From positions 310,001-374,000 of the forward strand of contig JANHCV010000016.1 of NCBI GenBank assembly GCA_025594325.1: a stretch of 64,000 nucleotides of DNA. The letters run 5' to 3'. A program made the position numbers and the translations under genes. This document shows, one piece after another, positions 10,893-24,000 of the stretch (position 1 is the stretch's first letter; each line of letters opens with the position of its first letter). The stretch is from Blastocladiella emersonii ATCC 22665 (taxonomy: Eukaryota > Fungi > Blastocladiomycota). The notes under the pieces were generated by a model that was not told the DNA's origin, ran no database searches, and was given only the letters and a program-made list of their open reading frames with translations.

Positions 10893-13800
10893 CTACCAAG
10901 GAATCGGCGTGCCGCCGCCCGCCACAGAGTCTTCAAACATGCCGCGCTCCATGACATACTCGTCGAGCACCGCCAACAGGCGCGGGAGGTCGTCGCGCGG
11001 GCCACGGCCGTCGCCAAACACGCCGTGGATCAGGTGGAACCCGCGCGCGAGGTTGCGGAGCCCGAGGAGGTACCCCTGGTCGGGCCCGTCGGTGGTCGGC
11101 GGGTAGGGGACCGCGCGGCGCGGCGCGGCGCGGAACGCGGCGGCCTCGGTTACGCAGTTGGCGAAATCGATGATCCGGACGTCGCAGTGCGGCGCCGGAT
11201 CCCCCACCGCGACTGCACCGATCCCGGGCGGCGTCTCGGGTCGCCGGCCGGCGGGCGCGGTCGGGACCACGGCGGACGGCGGGAACGCGGGCGGGACGGG
11301 GAACAGGGCGGGGTCCTCGACGGGGGCGCCGCCGTCGTAGAGGAGGAGGAGCGACGACGCGTAGAAGCGGAACTGGTCGAGCTGGGCGACGGCGCGGGCG
11401 AGGTCGCGGAGCCGGCGCAGGATGCCGGGGATACACTCGGTGCGGATGACCTGGCCGTCGTCGAGGAACCCGACGAGGGCGCGGAGGAGCGCCGAGGGCG
11501 GTAGCTCGCGCCCAAAGTACTTGTCCTGGTACAGGTACGACCGCACGTCGCGCTTGTACACCTGCATGCCGCAGATGCGCACGCCGAGCCGCTTCGACGT
11601 GGTCACGGCGCACTTGCGCTCCTGCGACCGCCGCTTCGCGTCCGTCGCGTACACGCCGTGCTGCCGCGTGCCCATCTTGAGGTCCAGGATGCACGGGTGC
11701 TGCAGCTGCGCCGTCAGGTCCTCGAGCACAATGAACTGCTGGTTGAGCACCACGGGCGGCGGTGGGGGTGGGGGCGGGAGGTGCGCCGTCATGCCGAGCG
11801 ACGTCTCGGGCAGCGCCATGGACGGCGGCGGGAGCCCGCCAAACGCCGGCGACGGCGGGTGCACCTGCATCGTCGGCGGCGCGGCACCCGAGCCCGACCC
11901 GGATCCCAGCGCCGCCGCATCGTCGTCGCCCGTGTGCACCTGGAGACTCGAGTTGCTCCCGACCGCAGCGGCCGCGTCGCCCGAGTCCGTGGACGCGAGC
12001 GCGACCATGCTGGCGGTGCCGCTGTTGGACGCGGACAGGTTGGCGCTGGCGGCCATGTGGAGCTGCGACGACATTTTGGTGAGGCAGTGGAGCGCCCACG
12101 GGTTGGTGGTGCCGGCGTTGTTGTTGGTCGAGGACGCCGACGACGAGAGCGAGTGGCCCGCCGCCGCGCCCGAACTCGTCGCGGCCGCGATCCCGACGGG
12201 CGACGCGACCGACGCGCTGTGCCGGTGCTGGTGTGCGTGGCGGTTGGGCGTCGTCGGCGTGGCGCGGACCGCGGGACTGCCGGGCTCCGAGGTCGGCGTG
12301 AAGGCGCCGCTGTTCTTGCTGGCGCGCGGCTGCCACACCTCGTCGTCCTCCTCGGCGACGCCGTCCATCTGGAAGATCTCGGTGCCGGACCCGCGGTGCG
12401 GCTCGCCGGGTCCAGGTCCGCCGAGCGCGATCATGGACGACGACGTGGTCGAGGCGATCGTCGACGACGAGCACCGGCGGTCGGCGCCGTTGCCGCCGGG
12501 CATGACGTGGCTCGCAAGCGGGCCGCCGATCATGGCAAACCCGACGGTCCCGGACCCCGCGCCCGCAGCGGCGGCGGCAGCAGCGGCAGCGGACCCCTCG
12601 CTCGGCGACCGCGAGTGTCGCGCGCGGTGGTGCGGGGTGAGCCGCGGGCTCGCTGCGGTGCCGGGGAACGCGGGGCTGCTGGAGCGCGCCGACCCGCGGA
12701 CTCCCGCCGCCGCCGCGGTGGTACTGGCGTGCTGCGGGAGGTCGGGCTCGGTGGCGCACTGGCGCACGGTGCGCGGGGCAGACGGTGACGGGGATCCCGG
12801 TGGCGAGGCGACCGTACCGGCAACAGCAGCAGCAGCGGCGAAGGCCTGGTCGACGTGGTCCTCGGTGCGCTCCATGGGAGTCGCCATGGGCGTGACGGCG
12901 GGCGACGCGGCGGGGGACGGTGCCGGGGAGCACGCGGCGGTGCGGGAGACGGGCGACGGCGGGAGCAGCCCGGCCGCGCTAGACACGGGCGGCGGGCTCG
13001 GGGTCGGCGTGGACGGCACCGAGGGTCCGGTCGGGACGGGTGTCACGGGCACGGGGGCCGCCTGCTCTACCCCACCGGGCGGCGCCGAGAAGGCGGGCGA
13101 GAGCGACACGTTGATGACGCCGTAGTAGGCGGGGACGAACGGCTTGAGGTGCGGTGCGCGGGCGTCGAGCGACTCGTAGAAGTTGCGCTCGGCGGGGTTG
13201 AGCGGCTTGCACACAGTGCGGTCCGACAGGCGCAGGAACGGCGCGTGGCCACCGACCTGGTTGGCGAACGGCGTGAGCGAGAAGACGGCGGGCTCCTGGT
13301 GCTCGGGGCGCGACGCGGGCGACATGGCGGTCGTCGCGGGGCCCGCGGGCGCGCTGGCGCTGCCGCTGCCGCCGAGCGACGAGGACGGCAAGTGGTCGAG
13401 CGCCGTCGAGGCAGGCGTGGCCGCCGCGTCACCGCCGTTCCGCGCGGGTGAGTGCGTTCCGGCACGCGCCGAGACGCCGTTGACGTGGGCGAGGGCCATG
13501 ATACCGGTCGACGTGGCGGGCGGGGTGCTGGAGAGCGACACGTTGGACAGGATGCGTGCGAGGTCGGCGTGCGACGTGGACGCCGAAGGCCCGCCCGAGA
13601 TGGTGAGCGGGACGCCGACACCGGCGCCGGCCGACGCGGCGGCGGCGGCGGGGACCGATGACACGGGCGCCACCGGCGCGACGGACGCGGGCACGTCAGC
13701 GAGCGAGAGATCGACCTCGTCGTAGTCGCCCGTGAGCGAGCGCGCGAGGACCGAGGCGGCGAGGGCCTGCGGCGAGCTCGCGTTGAAGGTAGACAGGGAG

Positions 13801-14261
13801 CGCGCCGCGGCCGACGCCGCCGCCGCAGCCGAGGCCGCGAGGGCCGGATCCGACTTGGAAACGGCGGGCGCGGCGTCGGCGCAGTGCATGGCGCGGAGCT
13901 CGGTCGCGAGCGGGGCGAACGAGACATGCGAGGCGGGGCTCGCGGCAGTAGACGAAGAAGAAGGTGGCGCGGTGGCCGCCGATGCATTCCACAGCGAGGA
14001 CGGGGACGCAGCGAGGACCGAGGCGGCGGCAGCGGGCACCGGCGCCGGCTGCTGGAGGTGCGTGGGCGCCGTCACGCTGGCGGCGGTAGCGGCAGTGGCC
14101 GGCATGGGCGCGGGGGAGAACCCCATGATGTGGACGGGGGCCGATCCAGGATCCGGAGAAACGACCGCGGCGTCGGTCGCGGCGGCAGTGTGATGCAGCG
14201 GGGGCGACGTGAGGGACATGGTAGACGATGACGGCGAGATGGGGGCGACGAGAGAGGGCAT
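10893..14261 (-). CDS. KCS1: Inositol hexakisphosphate kinase (IPK superfamily, Kcs1/IP6K-like), about 1,120 aa with long disordered regions
   Basis: [21 protein letters not shown], the [14 protein letters not shown] (PxxxDxKxG) motif, [23 protein letters not shown] (SSLL) and VRIIDFAN (IDF). Confidence 0.9.
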   Translation of the reverse strand: MPSLVAPISPSSSTMSLTSPPLHHTAAATDAAVVSPDPGSAPVHIMGFSPAPMPATAATAASVTAPTHLQQPAPVPAAAASVLAASPSSLWNASAATAPPSSSSTAASPASHVSFAPLATELRAMHCADAAPAVSKSDPALAASAAAAASAAARSLSTFNASSPQALAASVLARSLTGDYDEVDLSLADVPASVAPVAPVSSVPAAAAASAGAGVGVPLTISGGPSASTSHADLARILSNVSLSSTPPATSTGIMALAHVNGVSARAGTHSPARNGGDAAATPASTALDHLPSSSLGGSGSASAPAGPATTAMSPASRPEHQEPAVFSLTPFANQVGGHAPFLRLSDRTVCKPLNPAERNFYESLDARAPHLKPFVPAYYGVINVSLSPAFSAPPGGVEQAAPVPVTPVPTGPSVPSTPTPSPPPVSSAAGLLPPSPVSRTAACSPAPSPAASPAVTPMATPMERTEDHVDQAFAAAAAVAGTVASPPGSPSPSAPRTVRQCATEPDLPQHASTTAAAAGVRGSARSSSPAFPGTAASPRLTPHHRARHSRSPSEGSAAAAAAAAAGAGSGTVGFAMIGGPLASHVMPGGNGADRRCSSSTIASTTSSSMIALGGPGPGEPHRGSGTEIFQMDGVAEEDDEVWQPRASKNSGAFTPTSEPGSPAVRATPTTPNRHAHQHRHSASVASPVGIAAATSSGAAAGHSLSSSASSTNNNAGTTNPWALHCLTKMSSQLHMAASANLSASNSGTASMVALASTDSGDAAAAVGSNSSLQVHTGDDDAAALGSGSGSGAAPPTMQVHPPSPAFGGLPPPSMALPETSLGMTAHLPPPPPPPPVVLNQQFIVLEDLTAQLQHPCILDLKMGTRQHGVYATDAKRRSQERKCAVTTSKRLGVRICGMQVYKRDVRSYLYQDKYFGRELPPSALLRALVGFLDDGQVIRTECIPGILRRLRDLARAVAQLDQFRFYASSLLLLYDGGAPVEDPALFPVPPAFPPSAVVPTAPAGRRPETPPGIGAVAVGDPAPHCDVRIIDFANCVTEAAAFRAAPRRAVPYPPTTDGPDQGYLLGLRNLARGFHLIHGVFGDGRGPRDDLPRLLAVLDEYVMERGMFEDSVAGGGTPIPW

Positions 14262-15281
14262 GGGCCGCGCGCACACGAGTTGGGGGAGAGGAGGGAGGAG
14301 AACGGCGAGAGAGAGAGAAGGTTTTCGAGTCAATCGACGAGAGCGAGAGAATGGGGAGGGCCCAATTACGGGGGCCGCGGAGAGCCGAGCACTAGAAGGA
14401 GACGGTTCGTGCAGCGTGCCGAGGGCATGCCAAGACGCGGCGGCGACGAGTGGCGTCGGCGGCAGCCGTCGCGGCGGTGGCGGCGAGTGGAGGCAGAGGA
14501 GCGGGGTCGGAGGGCAGAGCGGGCAGCCGGTCGGTCGCGCGCGCGAGCTGTAAACTGCTTGCAGTGCGAGGGGAGGCGGCGGCGGCGCAGGGGGTACGGG
14601 TCCGGGGTGGCGGAGGTGGGTCGGTCGGGTGACGGTGGTCCCTGAGCGGCGAAGTCGCGTCAGTCATCCTGGAACAGCGAGCGGCAGGGACGGACGCCCG
14701 CGACGTACCGAGACGGGCGAGCGAGCTGGATGCAGCGAGTTGCCTGACTGTGCGGGGGGCGGGGAGCGGGCGTAGCGGAGCGAGCAGGGACCGCGGGCGG
14801 ATCCACCGTGATGTCGGGCGGGTGTGGAGGCGAGTGCTGGGCGATGCGGGGCAAAGGAGCGCTGCTGGGTGGGAGACATCGGGCAACAGGGATGCGCAGC
14901 AGTTAGTCACCGTCGTGCATCAGCAGGGCAGGACATCCCGGCGGGCGGAGGAGTGCATGGGAGCCGTTGCATGGAGTTAGGGAGCGTACGGGTGCGGGGT
15001 GGGCAGGGACCAGGCGGGGTCGGGGTCGGGGTGGAGGGAGGAGAGCGAGTGGAGAGGAGAGGGAACCGGCGACCACTTCGCTTCGCGACTGCGGTCAAGA
15101 AGTCGGTGGTGGCGCGGGCGCGAACCGCCCCGGTCTCGCGGCCCTCTTGGCGGCGCGTGGCTAAGAATACAGCCGAGACGAGACGCGCGACGTCGCAGCA
15201 CGGCAACGTGTCGGTCAGGTCTCGCCGTGGTCATCACCGCGGCCATCACGCCTGCCGCCCTCCAGCAGTGGCGACTGCAGC

Positions 15282-15320
15282 CGGTGGTCGGCGGTGGTCG
15301 GCGGTGGTCGGCGGTCGGCG
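15282..15320. repeat. GC-rich 10-bp tandem repeat (GCGGTGGTCG)x3-4 with downstream complementary arms
   Basis: Repeat is directly visible. Complementary CGACCGCCGACCGC lies at 15368..15381 and GCCGACCGCCACCACC at 15453..15468. Confidence 0.6.
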
Positions 15321-15863
15321 GCCGCGGTAGTGGAGCCGCGAGGCTGGTCGCGAGGGACGGGCTCCGGCGACCGCCGACCGCGGCGCGGGTACGGGCAGCC
15401 CCGGAACACGACCGGGCCGGCGCTTGCCGTTGCAGCGACCACGCCGGCAACTGCCGACCGCCACCACCCCCGCACCTGCAAGCACGGCGTGTGTGGCGCG
15501 ACGCGAGAAACGGCGCACCTTGGATTGTCCAATGTTACCGCCGAGGCCAGGAGCGCGGACGGCGGAAAGGGGAGCGAGCGAGGTGCGCGGGGAGGCTGCC
15601 CTGCTTTATGTGGTGTGCGCGCCGGCCGGAGCATGAGAACGGCGAGAGACCGTGGCCGGCGGAAGGCGACGCAACAGTGTCACCTGCGCGCAGCGACGCG
15701 TTGCGCGTCGCGCCTCTTTTGTCCCTCCACGTTTTCGTGCCTCTCACTGGAAACGTGTCGTCGTCAACAACAAATCGCCACGGTTTACGCAAAGAACATA
15801 CAGGAGAGAGAGGGCAAGGGAAATGGGAGGGGATATTACACAGCACACGCACGCACGCACGCT

Positions 15864-18311
15864 TCACGCCGTCCACACCGTGTCGACGTCGCGCGTAAAG
15901 TCGTAGACGACGATCGTCTGGTCCTGCGACGCCGACACAATGTGCGTCGCCGACACGCCGACGTTGAACACCCACGACGAGTGCGCCGTGTCGAACGAGT
16001 GCACCGGCCGCCCGACCGGGATCGGGCCCTGCGCCACGGGCGTCGTCGTGGTCGCCGTCGCTGCGGTCGTCGCCGCCGCGCTGGGTGTTGACGGGACCTC
16101 GGCCGCGGCAGCCACGACCGACGGCGGCAGCGCCGGGAGCGGCGGCGGGACGGGCACGCGCTTGGCCTTACGCTCGGCCGCGCGCTTAGCCGCCTTGTCG
16201 TTGGCGTGCCGCTTGCGCGTGTCGGCGACGTGCGCCATGACGCTGGGCGCGAGCTCCCACACCTTGACCGTCTGGTCGTACGACCCGGACACGACGAGCC
16301 CGCGCGGCGTGTCGAGGGCAAGAGTGCGGACTAGGTCGACGTGGCCCTGGAGCACCTGCAGGCACCGGCCCGAGTGCACGTCCCACACGCGGATCGTCTG
16401 GTCGTTGGACCCGGACACGACCAGGTCGCCGTCGAACGCGACGCACGCGATGCCGCGCCCGTGCCCGACCAGGTCGCGGACGTGGCGGCCCGTGCGCACG
16501 TCCCACACCTTGAGCAGGTAGTCGCCCGACGCCGACACGAGCGTGCCGCCGCGCAGCTGGATCGCGTTGACGGCCGCGCGGTGGCCCGACAGCGTGGACG
16601 CGAGCGCGTACTTGGGCGGCGCGCCCGCGCGCGACACGCGCGACCACACCTTGATGGTCGCGTCCTTGGAGCACGACACGATCCACTCGCCCGAGTAGGC
16701 CACGTCGAGGACGCCCGACAGGTGGCCGGCGAGCGTGCACTGGTGCGCGCCCGTGTGCAGGTCCCACACCATGACCGTCGAGTCCGACGACCCCGTCACG
16801 AGCGTGCTGCCCTCGTACTGCAGGCACAGCACCGACCCCGAGTGTCCGCGGAACGACCGCAGCTCGACGCCCGACTTCATGGACCACACCTTGATCGTCT
16901 GGTCGCGCGACCCGGACACGAGCAGGTGCCGGTCAAACTGGATGCAGTACACGCTGTCGGCGTGCCCGCGCAGCACCGTCTGCGCCGGCGCGTGCGTCGC
17001 CCAGTTGCGGTCGAGCTGCACGCGGTTGCGGTACAGGTACTTCCAGTCGACCGTCGGCGGCGGCCCACGCACCACGAGCTTGCCGCCCGCGCCCGCCCCG
17101 AACGCGGCCCCGCCGCGCGGGTGGTGCGCCGAGAAGGCTGCCGCGCGCGGCGTGTGCGACCCCGACGACCGCGCTCCGCCCGACACCTTGGACCGCGCCG
17201 TCAGGTCGCTGTCCGTCTCGCTCGCCGAGTCGTACCCGTCGCCCGTCATGATCGCGTCGCCGTCCGCGTCTTCGAGGTGCTGGTGCGGCGGCGAGAAACC
17301 GGCACCAAACCCGAAGAAGGCGTCGTGCGCGTGCGTCGCCGCGTGCTGCTGGTGCGGGATCACAATGTAGTTGCCGTGCTGCGAGGTCGGCTTGGTCGGC
17401 GACGAGGGCGGCGAGGGGAGGCCCATCCACGCGAGCGGCGCAAAGTGCGCAAACGAGAGCGTGGTGCCGTGCGGCTGGTGGACGAGCCGCGGCGCGGGGG
17501 CTGCCGCCGCCGCTGGCGGGGCGGGGAGCGCGACGGGTAGGATGGCGGGGTTGGTCGATGCGGCGTGCGCACCGAGCGTGGCCAGGATGCGGAACTCGCC
17601 GTGGTGCGACGCGAGCACGCTCTCGGCCCACCGCGGGTTGGCGCGGTACATGTCGCGCCACACGCCCGGGTCGCTGCACAGCGCGTGCAGGTACCGCGAG
17701 CACGCCGCGAGGTGCGTCAGCGACGCCGCGTCCAGGAACCCGAGCAGGTACAGGGCGAGCTCGACGGGCAGCGCCGCCGAGAAGTCGACGCGATGCCGGC
17801 ACCGGCACGGCGGCAGGCTGGTCGTGGTCATGGCCGTCGCAGACGCGGGCGAGTGCGAGCGCCAGCGCAGCGCCGTCGCCGAGTCGGGCAGGCCAGCCGA
17901 GTCGAGCGCGCTGCCGGTGGCGCCCGCGTAGTGCGGGCACGACGGCTGGTGGACGAAGCGCGGGTCGAGCTCCTGGCTGCCCGAGGTGGCGCCCATGCTG
18001 AAGGTGCTGATGGCGACGCCCGGGTGCGCACCGTACCGGTGCGAGCTGGCGCTGTTGGCGTCGCGGCCGTGCAGGTGCTCGCCCGAGTCGGCGCGCGGCG
18101 AGCCGTGCATGGCGGGCCCGGTCGCGGCGCCGTGATGGCCGCGGTGATCGAGCTGCGCCGCCTTGCCGTGGCCGCCGATGACGCGGCCGTGCGGCGCGGC
18201 CGACGACGAGGTCGAGGACGGCGAGTTGGTGGGGCCCGCGTCGGGCGCGTCGGGCGGGGCGCGCGAGCCGTACAGGATGCTGCGCGCGAGGAAGCTGAGC
18301 GGGTTCTTCAT
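15864..18311 (-). CDS. F-box/WD40 SCF substrate receptor, beta-TrCP/FWD-1/Pof11-like, 815 aa
   Basis: F-box VDFSAALPVELALYLLGFLDAASL...W, then VDWKYLYRNRVQLDRNW, seven WD repeats (GHADSVYCIQFD, GHSGSVLCLQY, GHRAAVNAIQL, GHGRGIACVAF) and C-terminal IVSASQDQTIVVYDF. Confidence 0.9.
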   Translation of the reverse strand: MKNPLSFLARSILYGSRAPPDAPDAGPTNSPSSTSSSAAPHGRVIGGHGKAAQLDHRGHHGAATGPAMHGSPRADSGEHLHGRDANSASSHRYGAHPGVAISTFSMGATSGSQELDPRFVHQPSCPHYAGATGSALDSAGLPDSATALRWRSHSPASATAMTTTSLPPCRCRHRVDFSAALPVELALYLLGFLDAASLTHLAACSRYLHALCSDPGVWRDMYRANPRWAESVLASHHGEFRILATLGAHAASTNPAILPVALPAPPAAAAAPAPRLVHQPHGTTLSFAHFAPLAWMGLPSPPSSPTKPTSQHGNYIVIPHQQHAATHAHDAFFGFGAGFSPPHQHLEDADGDAIMTGDGYDSASETDSDLTARSKVSGGARSSGSHTPRAAAFSAHHPRGGAAFGAGAGGKLVVRGPPPTVDWKYLYRNRVQLDRNWATHAPAQTVLRGHADSVYCIQFDRHLLVSGSRDQTIKVWSMKSGVELRSFRGHSGSVLCLQYEGSTLVTGSSDSTVMVWDLHTGAHQCTLAGHLSGVLDVAYSGEWIVSCSKDATIKVWSRVSRAGAPPKYALASTLSGHRAAVNAIQLRGGTLVSASGDYLLKVWDVRTGRHVRDLVGHGRGIACVAFDGDLVVSGSNDQTIRVWDVHSGRCLQVLQGHVDLVRTLALDTPRGLVVSGSYDQTVKVWELAPSVMAHVADTRKRHANDKAAKRAAERKAKRVPVPPPLPALPPSVVAAAAEVPSTPSAAATTAATATTTTPVAQGPIPVGRPVHSFDTAHSSWVFNVGVSATHIVSASQDQTIVVYDFTRDVDTVWTA

Positions 18312-19842
18312 GATGATGGCGACGAGTCAAGGGTGAAGAGTCGCGCGCTACACGGGATGCGGGACAGCGTGTGAGGGACCGCGCGCGAGTGTGATGGGAA
18401 GCTTGATGCGCCGTACCGTCGTTTACGGGTATGGCGGGCGCGCGGGTATGCAGGTGGTACACTGGAGGGGGCAGGGCTCGACGGCCGACTGCAGACTGGC
18501 GGGAGAGAAGAGTGTGTGTGGGTGCCGACGACCGGCCTAGAGAGAGAGCGTGCGTGAGAAACGGCTCGTTCGGTCGGCGGGCGGGACGCCATGGGAGATG
18601 GAGAGGGAGAGGGAGAGGGCGCGGGCGCCGAACCGCAGGCGCACCGCCGTGCGGCTGGGCTGAACAGCGGGGCAGAGGAGGTTGGGCGATGGACCGCGGG
18701 AACGGCGCTCATGCCATCCACACATGAGCGTCACACCGGATCCGTGGAGTACCGGTACGCGGATGAGAATGACGAGGAGTGACGAGCGAGATGGGCGTGG
18801 GAGACGGGCGCGTGGCCGGGCCTCCCATGGTCGGTCCGCGAGCGGGATGACCCACCACCGCGAAGGCGTGATCGAGGATGGCGAGGGCGATGAGGATGGC
18901 GTGAGAAGCGAGCTTACCTGGTAGCGCGCGGGCGGATCCGAGGTCGTCGATGATGTGCCGATGGCACGGGCCGTACGAGGCGGGTCGCCGGTGGGTGATG
19001 CGTCGTCGGTCGCGGTCGGCGGCGGCAGTTGTCGATGGCCGGTAGTCGGTGCGGGCGGCGAGGGCGAAGCGCGGACGGTGATGGATTCGGGGCAGAGTGC
19101 GGCGGAGGGCACGGGCAGGTGCGGCAGTGGCGAATGCTGCAAGTCTCGAGCGACTCGCGATGGGTTTCGGGGAGTGTCGGTGCAGCGGCGGCAGTCGGGG
19201 AGTGTAGTCGCACAGGCGTAGTCGAGCGGCGGCCGATGGAGCGCGTGGTCTGGAATCAGTCGGGCGGGCAGGTGCGGGTGCAAGAGCGGCAGGTGCGGAC
19301 GTGAGCGGGGCCGCGCACGGCTTTGCTCGGCGGAGGAGGGAAGGGAGGTGGGGGTGGGGGTGGGGGTGGGGAGGGACGGGCGGGATGGGTGCTGAGCCTA
19401 GGTCCCGTTGCACAGAGTGGGATTAATTTATTAGCCTCTGCTCCCCCGGCCCGCCCGAGCAAGGAAAAAAACTGTGGAGCAGCAGGGAGACAATTGGCGG
19501 CCGCCGGGCACGCGCCGTTCATTGTGGCCGTGGGTGCCGAACGAAATGTCTCTGCCGGTGCACGCGCGTCTCCCCGCCGCGCGCCGCCTCTCCCGCTCGA
19601 CCGGCAACACGCCATGCAACGAATGAATCATAACTGGTCAGATCACGCCCTTGCGTCGATCGTTCGTGTGAGAGGTCGCGGTGTTCGGTGGCCGGCCGAC
19701 CTTGCCAAGGGGACGCGCGCGCGTTGACCGACGACGACGCGTTGTTCATGGGCGTTTCAGGTCAGGACCGCGCCACCACCACGGAGTTGAGGCGGCGCGT
19801 TGTCCTGCTTGCTCTCTTCAACCACCCCTCGACGAACCCACC

Positions 19843-20607
19843 ATGCATCGCTTCTTGATCGGCAAACTTGCCGCAAACGCTTCGCGGATCTGCATCGCGC
19901 ACGCACGGCCGGCGACCACTGCGCTGGCGCGCCGCCACTTTGCCGCCGCGACGCTCGCGCTCGCCAAACCCGCGGGCAAGTCGGCCCCGCTGCCCCCACC
20001 AAAGTACAACGACACGGAGCTGCCCGATCGCACATGGATCGACAACTTCTCCATCAACGACATTCCCGAAACCGCGTACACGACGTCATATGCGCGTGCG
20101 AGCGGACCCGGCGGGCAGAACGTCAACAAGGGTTCGATCAATGACCACCACACGCCTCACGCCCTCCCCCGTAGTCGCTGACGTGCTGCCGAGTAGTCAA
20201 CACCAAGGTGATCATGCGCGTGCACGACTTCTCCTTCATGCCGCCCTACTGCGAGGCCAAGCTGCGCGCGCTGCAGGCCAACAGCATCAACAAGAACGAC
20301 GAGCTCATCATCGCGAGCGACCGGTTCCGCATCCAGCGCGGCAACCTCGACGACTGCGTGCAGAAGCTCTACGAGATGGTCGTCGAGGCCGGCTACGTGC
20401 CGCGCGAGACGTCGCAGTCCCAGCGCCGCCGCGTGGGCAAGCTGTACGCGCTCTCCCTCGTTTCCCTCTACTCGAAGCGGTGCCTAACCAGCCTCGCGTG
20501 CGTGCGACAGGATCGAGGGCGAGAATGAGCGCCGCCTCGAGGCCAAGAAGCACTCGGGCAAGAAGAAGGCCGAGCGCCGGGGCGGCAAGGGCGACTGGAG
20601 CTGGTGA
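19843..20607 (+). CDS. PTH4: Mitochondrial peptidyl-tRNA hydrolase / ribosome rescue factor ICT1 (mL62, Pth4); exons 19843..20131, 20197..20443, 20511..20607
   Basis: Presequence-like N-terminus, YARASGPGGQNVNK/VNTKV (GGQ motif), SDRFRIQRGNLDDCVQKL and a basic C-terminal tail RRLEAKKHSGKKKAERR. Two canonical introns. Confidence 0.9.
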
Positions 20608-21060
20608 CGGCCTTTGCGAGTCGATTGCGGACAGTGGTGGACACACTATACAACGCATAACATGATAATTCGGCCAAAACCGCACCGTGTTTTTCTTGAG
20701 ATTTCAGGTCAGGTGATGCCCCGTTGGCCGTTTCCAGGCGCTCCGTCGTTCGCGACCGCACCGCGGCCCGCTGCACGCACGCAAAACATCGAATCCGCGT
20801 CCCCGCTCGGACCCCGCCAGACCCCGCCGACCGAGCTGCCGTCGTCGCTTACTTGCTGCATTCGCGCTACCTGCTGCCTGCCCGCCCGCCCGCCCGTGCT
20901 TGGCCCTCCTAGACCGCCGCCCGCGGCGCTCCGACTTTGCGAGTCTGCTCTCTTTGGGCCCTCGATTCGCACATCATCACCCCCTCTACCTTCACGCCGC
21001 GCTCGCGCCCATGAACGCTGCCCTCGAGCGACCTTGTCCCTCCCCCCATTGACGCCCCTC

Positions 21061-24000
21061 ATGAACCACGCGGGCGGACTCGCCGCGGGCTCCGGCCACG
21101 CTGGCGGCGGACCCAGCAGTCCCGGCGGCAACAACGGCCTCTCCTCCAACAACTATGCTGGCGGCAGTAACGGCAACGGGAACGGCTCCGCGTTCGACCC
21201 CAGCTCGGCCTCGCAGCCGCCCCAGGGCCAGGTCCGTTCGACGCACGTTTGGCGACGCACTCGTTCTCGACGTTAACCCCTTAGACTCGCACTCATAGCT
21301 CGCTGCATTCCTTCGTCGCAGCCGTCTTCAGGACCTTGGCTCGGCCAACGGCATCCAGCGCTCGTCGTCGGCCCCGCCCGTCCAGCAGCATCGCGACATG
21401 GTACGCCTTCCACCAGGACTTGCTGCTGCGCCACCCGCCGCCCGGCCACAGACTGACTTTCGCCACCGCCTCTCGTCCAGCTCGACGACCCTGCCCTCTA
21501 CGAGCAGTTTGCCCACCTCAACCTGGGCCTCGAGGACATTCTCGGCCCCTCGCCACCCGCCAGCGCCAACCCGTACAGCAACGGCCACAGCAACGGCCCG
21601 ACCCCGACCACCCACTTCCCGCCCGGCCCGCCTCCGGCTACGGGCCTCGGCAACGGCGGCTTCTCCGCGACCGCCTCGCCGCTGCTCGCGCCGTCTGGTC
21701 TTGGCCTGCTCGGCCCAAGCGGGCTGCCCGACTCGGCCGCCCACCACCATCTGCACCGCGTGCTCCAGCACCACCATCACCAGCAGCAGCAGGGCATGGG
21801 CTCGCCCGGCGTGTCCGCCTTCTCGTCGCTCCCCGGCAGCGGCGCCAACACGCCCGACCACTTTGGCCACAGCCTCGGCCACGCCCACGGGCACGGCAGC
21901 ACCGGTCAGCTCCCGGACCCCTTCTCGTACGGCTCGCGCCTGTCCATTGTCGACCAGATCACCGGCCCCGCCGGCGCGTCCGGTGTCAGCCCGTCGAGCC
22001 CGATCGGCGCCTTCCCCGGCAGCGGCGCCCTGACCCCCGGCGGGTCCAACCCGTGGCGCTCGCGCTCGCCCGTGTCGTCGCTCGTCGGCCTCGGCTCGCT
22101 CCCGCCGACCTCGGTCGCCGCCCTCGCTGCCGCCTCGTCGGCCGCTTCGGCTGGGCCCACCATCTTCACGAGCAGCGGCGCCCCGTCGTTGTCGCTCCTG
22201 ACGGGCGCCGACGTCCTGCAGCCCACGCCCGTCGGCCGCCTGTCGCACCTCAACGGGCCCGCCTTCCTCGGCGGCTCCGGCGTCACGCAGAGCGCCACGT
22301 CGTCGCCCGCCGCCAACCCGCGCATGCTCATGGGCGGCGACTTCCGCTCGCCCTCGCCGAGCCTCGCGCTGCGCCACCGCCAGGCCCGCCACGCCGCCGC
22401 CTCACTCCTCGCTGACCGCTCGCAGTCGCCCGTCGGCGGCTACCCGCACCAGCACCAGCAGCAGCTTGAGGACGAGGACACCCTGCGCAGCGTGCTCAAC
22501 GCTACGCTACGTGAGCGCGAGCAGGATCTCGTCCCTGCCGGGTTCCCGCACTACGCGGGCACCGCGCCCGGCACGCCCGTCGCGCCGCCTATGCACCTCG
22601 GCCACCAGCAGCCGCAGCCGCAGCAGCAGCACGCGTTCCACCACGGCCACGGCCACCACGGGCTCCACACCCCGCCCGTCCAGTCAACGCACCTCGGCGG
22701 CGGCGCCGCGGGCTACGGCGGCTTCGACGGTGGCCCGCTCCTCGACACGGCGCCGATCCCGCGCAGCAACTCGGTTCCGCCGCCGCGCGCGTTCCGCGGC
22801 GCCAACGGGTTCGGGTTCAGCCCCGCCACCACGCCCGCGCACCTCGACGATCTCGGCGGCTCTGGCGCGCACCCGGGCGGCCACATGGACCCAGCCAGCG
22901 CCCTCGACGACTACGACGTGTACGAGAAGATGGTCGCCATCGGATTCCGGCTGCCTTCAGGCGCGATCCCGACGTTCCACGAGTTTCTCGACGCCGTGCG
23001 CACGTCGCACTTTTTCCAGGGCTCGCAACAGCAACAGCAGGTCCAGCCGCCGCCGCCGCCGCCACCCGCGCAGCACCAGCACCAGCTGCAGCAGCAGTAC
23101 GCGGCGCCCGCGCCCGTCCGCTACGGCTCGCACAGCGGCCGGTCGTCGCCCGTCCCGTCGAGCAGCAGCAGCTCCTCGGGCCGCAAGCCCCTGCACATCT
23201 CGTCGTCGCGGTACAACAGCCAGATCCCCGGCGGCCGGCCCGGCGAGGGCGGGAGCCATTCCGCGCACTCGTCCCCGTCGCCCGCCGCGCGGTACCTCGA
23301 CGGACCCGCGCCGCGCCCGCATCATCATCACCACCACCGCGGCGACCACGGTCCGCCGCCGCCGCCCCCGCACCAGCAGGAGTACGCGGGCCCGCCGTCT
23401 CGACGCGGTAGTGGCGGTGACTCGTACCACCACAACGGTAACGGCGGTGGCGGTAGTCGACGCCGCAACCCGAACCACCACTACGGCAACGGCCCGCAGC
23501 ACCACAACCGCCGCAGCGGGAGCCACACGCAGCACTTCCAGCCGCCGCCGTCGTCGCACAACGACCACCACCCGCACCACCATCACCACCAGCCGCAGCC
23601 GCCGTCCCGCTCGAACACGGCGCCTGCCGCGCCGACCTCCGCGCCCGCTGCTGCTGCCGCCGCGAGCGGGGGCAGCAGCAGCGGCGAGGAGCGCGTGCGC
23701 AGCGCGCTGCTCGAGGAGTTCCGGCAGTCCAAGAACAAGCGGTACGAGCTGCACGACGTGCGCGGGCACATGGTCGAGTTCTCGGGCGACCAGCACGGGT
23801 CGCGGTTCATCCAGCAGCGGCTCGAGGTGGCCTCGGCCGCCGACAAGGACCTCGTGTTCGACGAGATCCTGCCGTCGGCGCTCGCCCTCATGACCGACGT
23901 GTTCGGCAACTACGTGATCCAGAAGTTCTTCGAGCACGGCACCGACCGGCACCGGCACACGCTCGCGGCGGCGACGCACGGCCACGTGCTCGCCCTGTCG

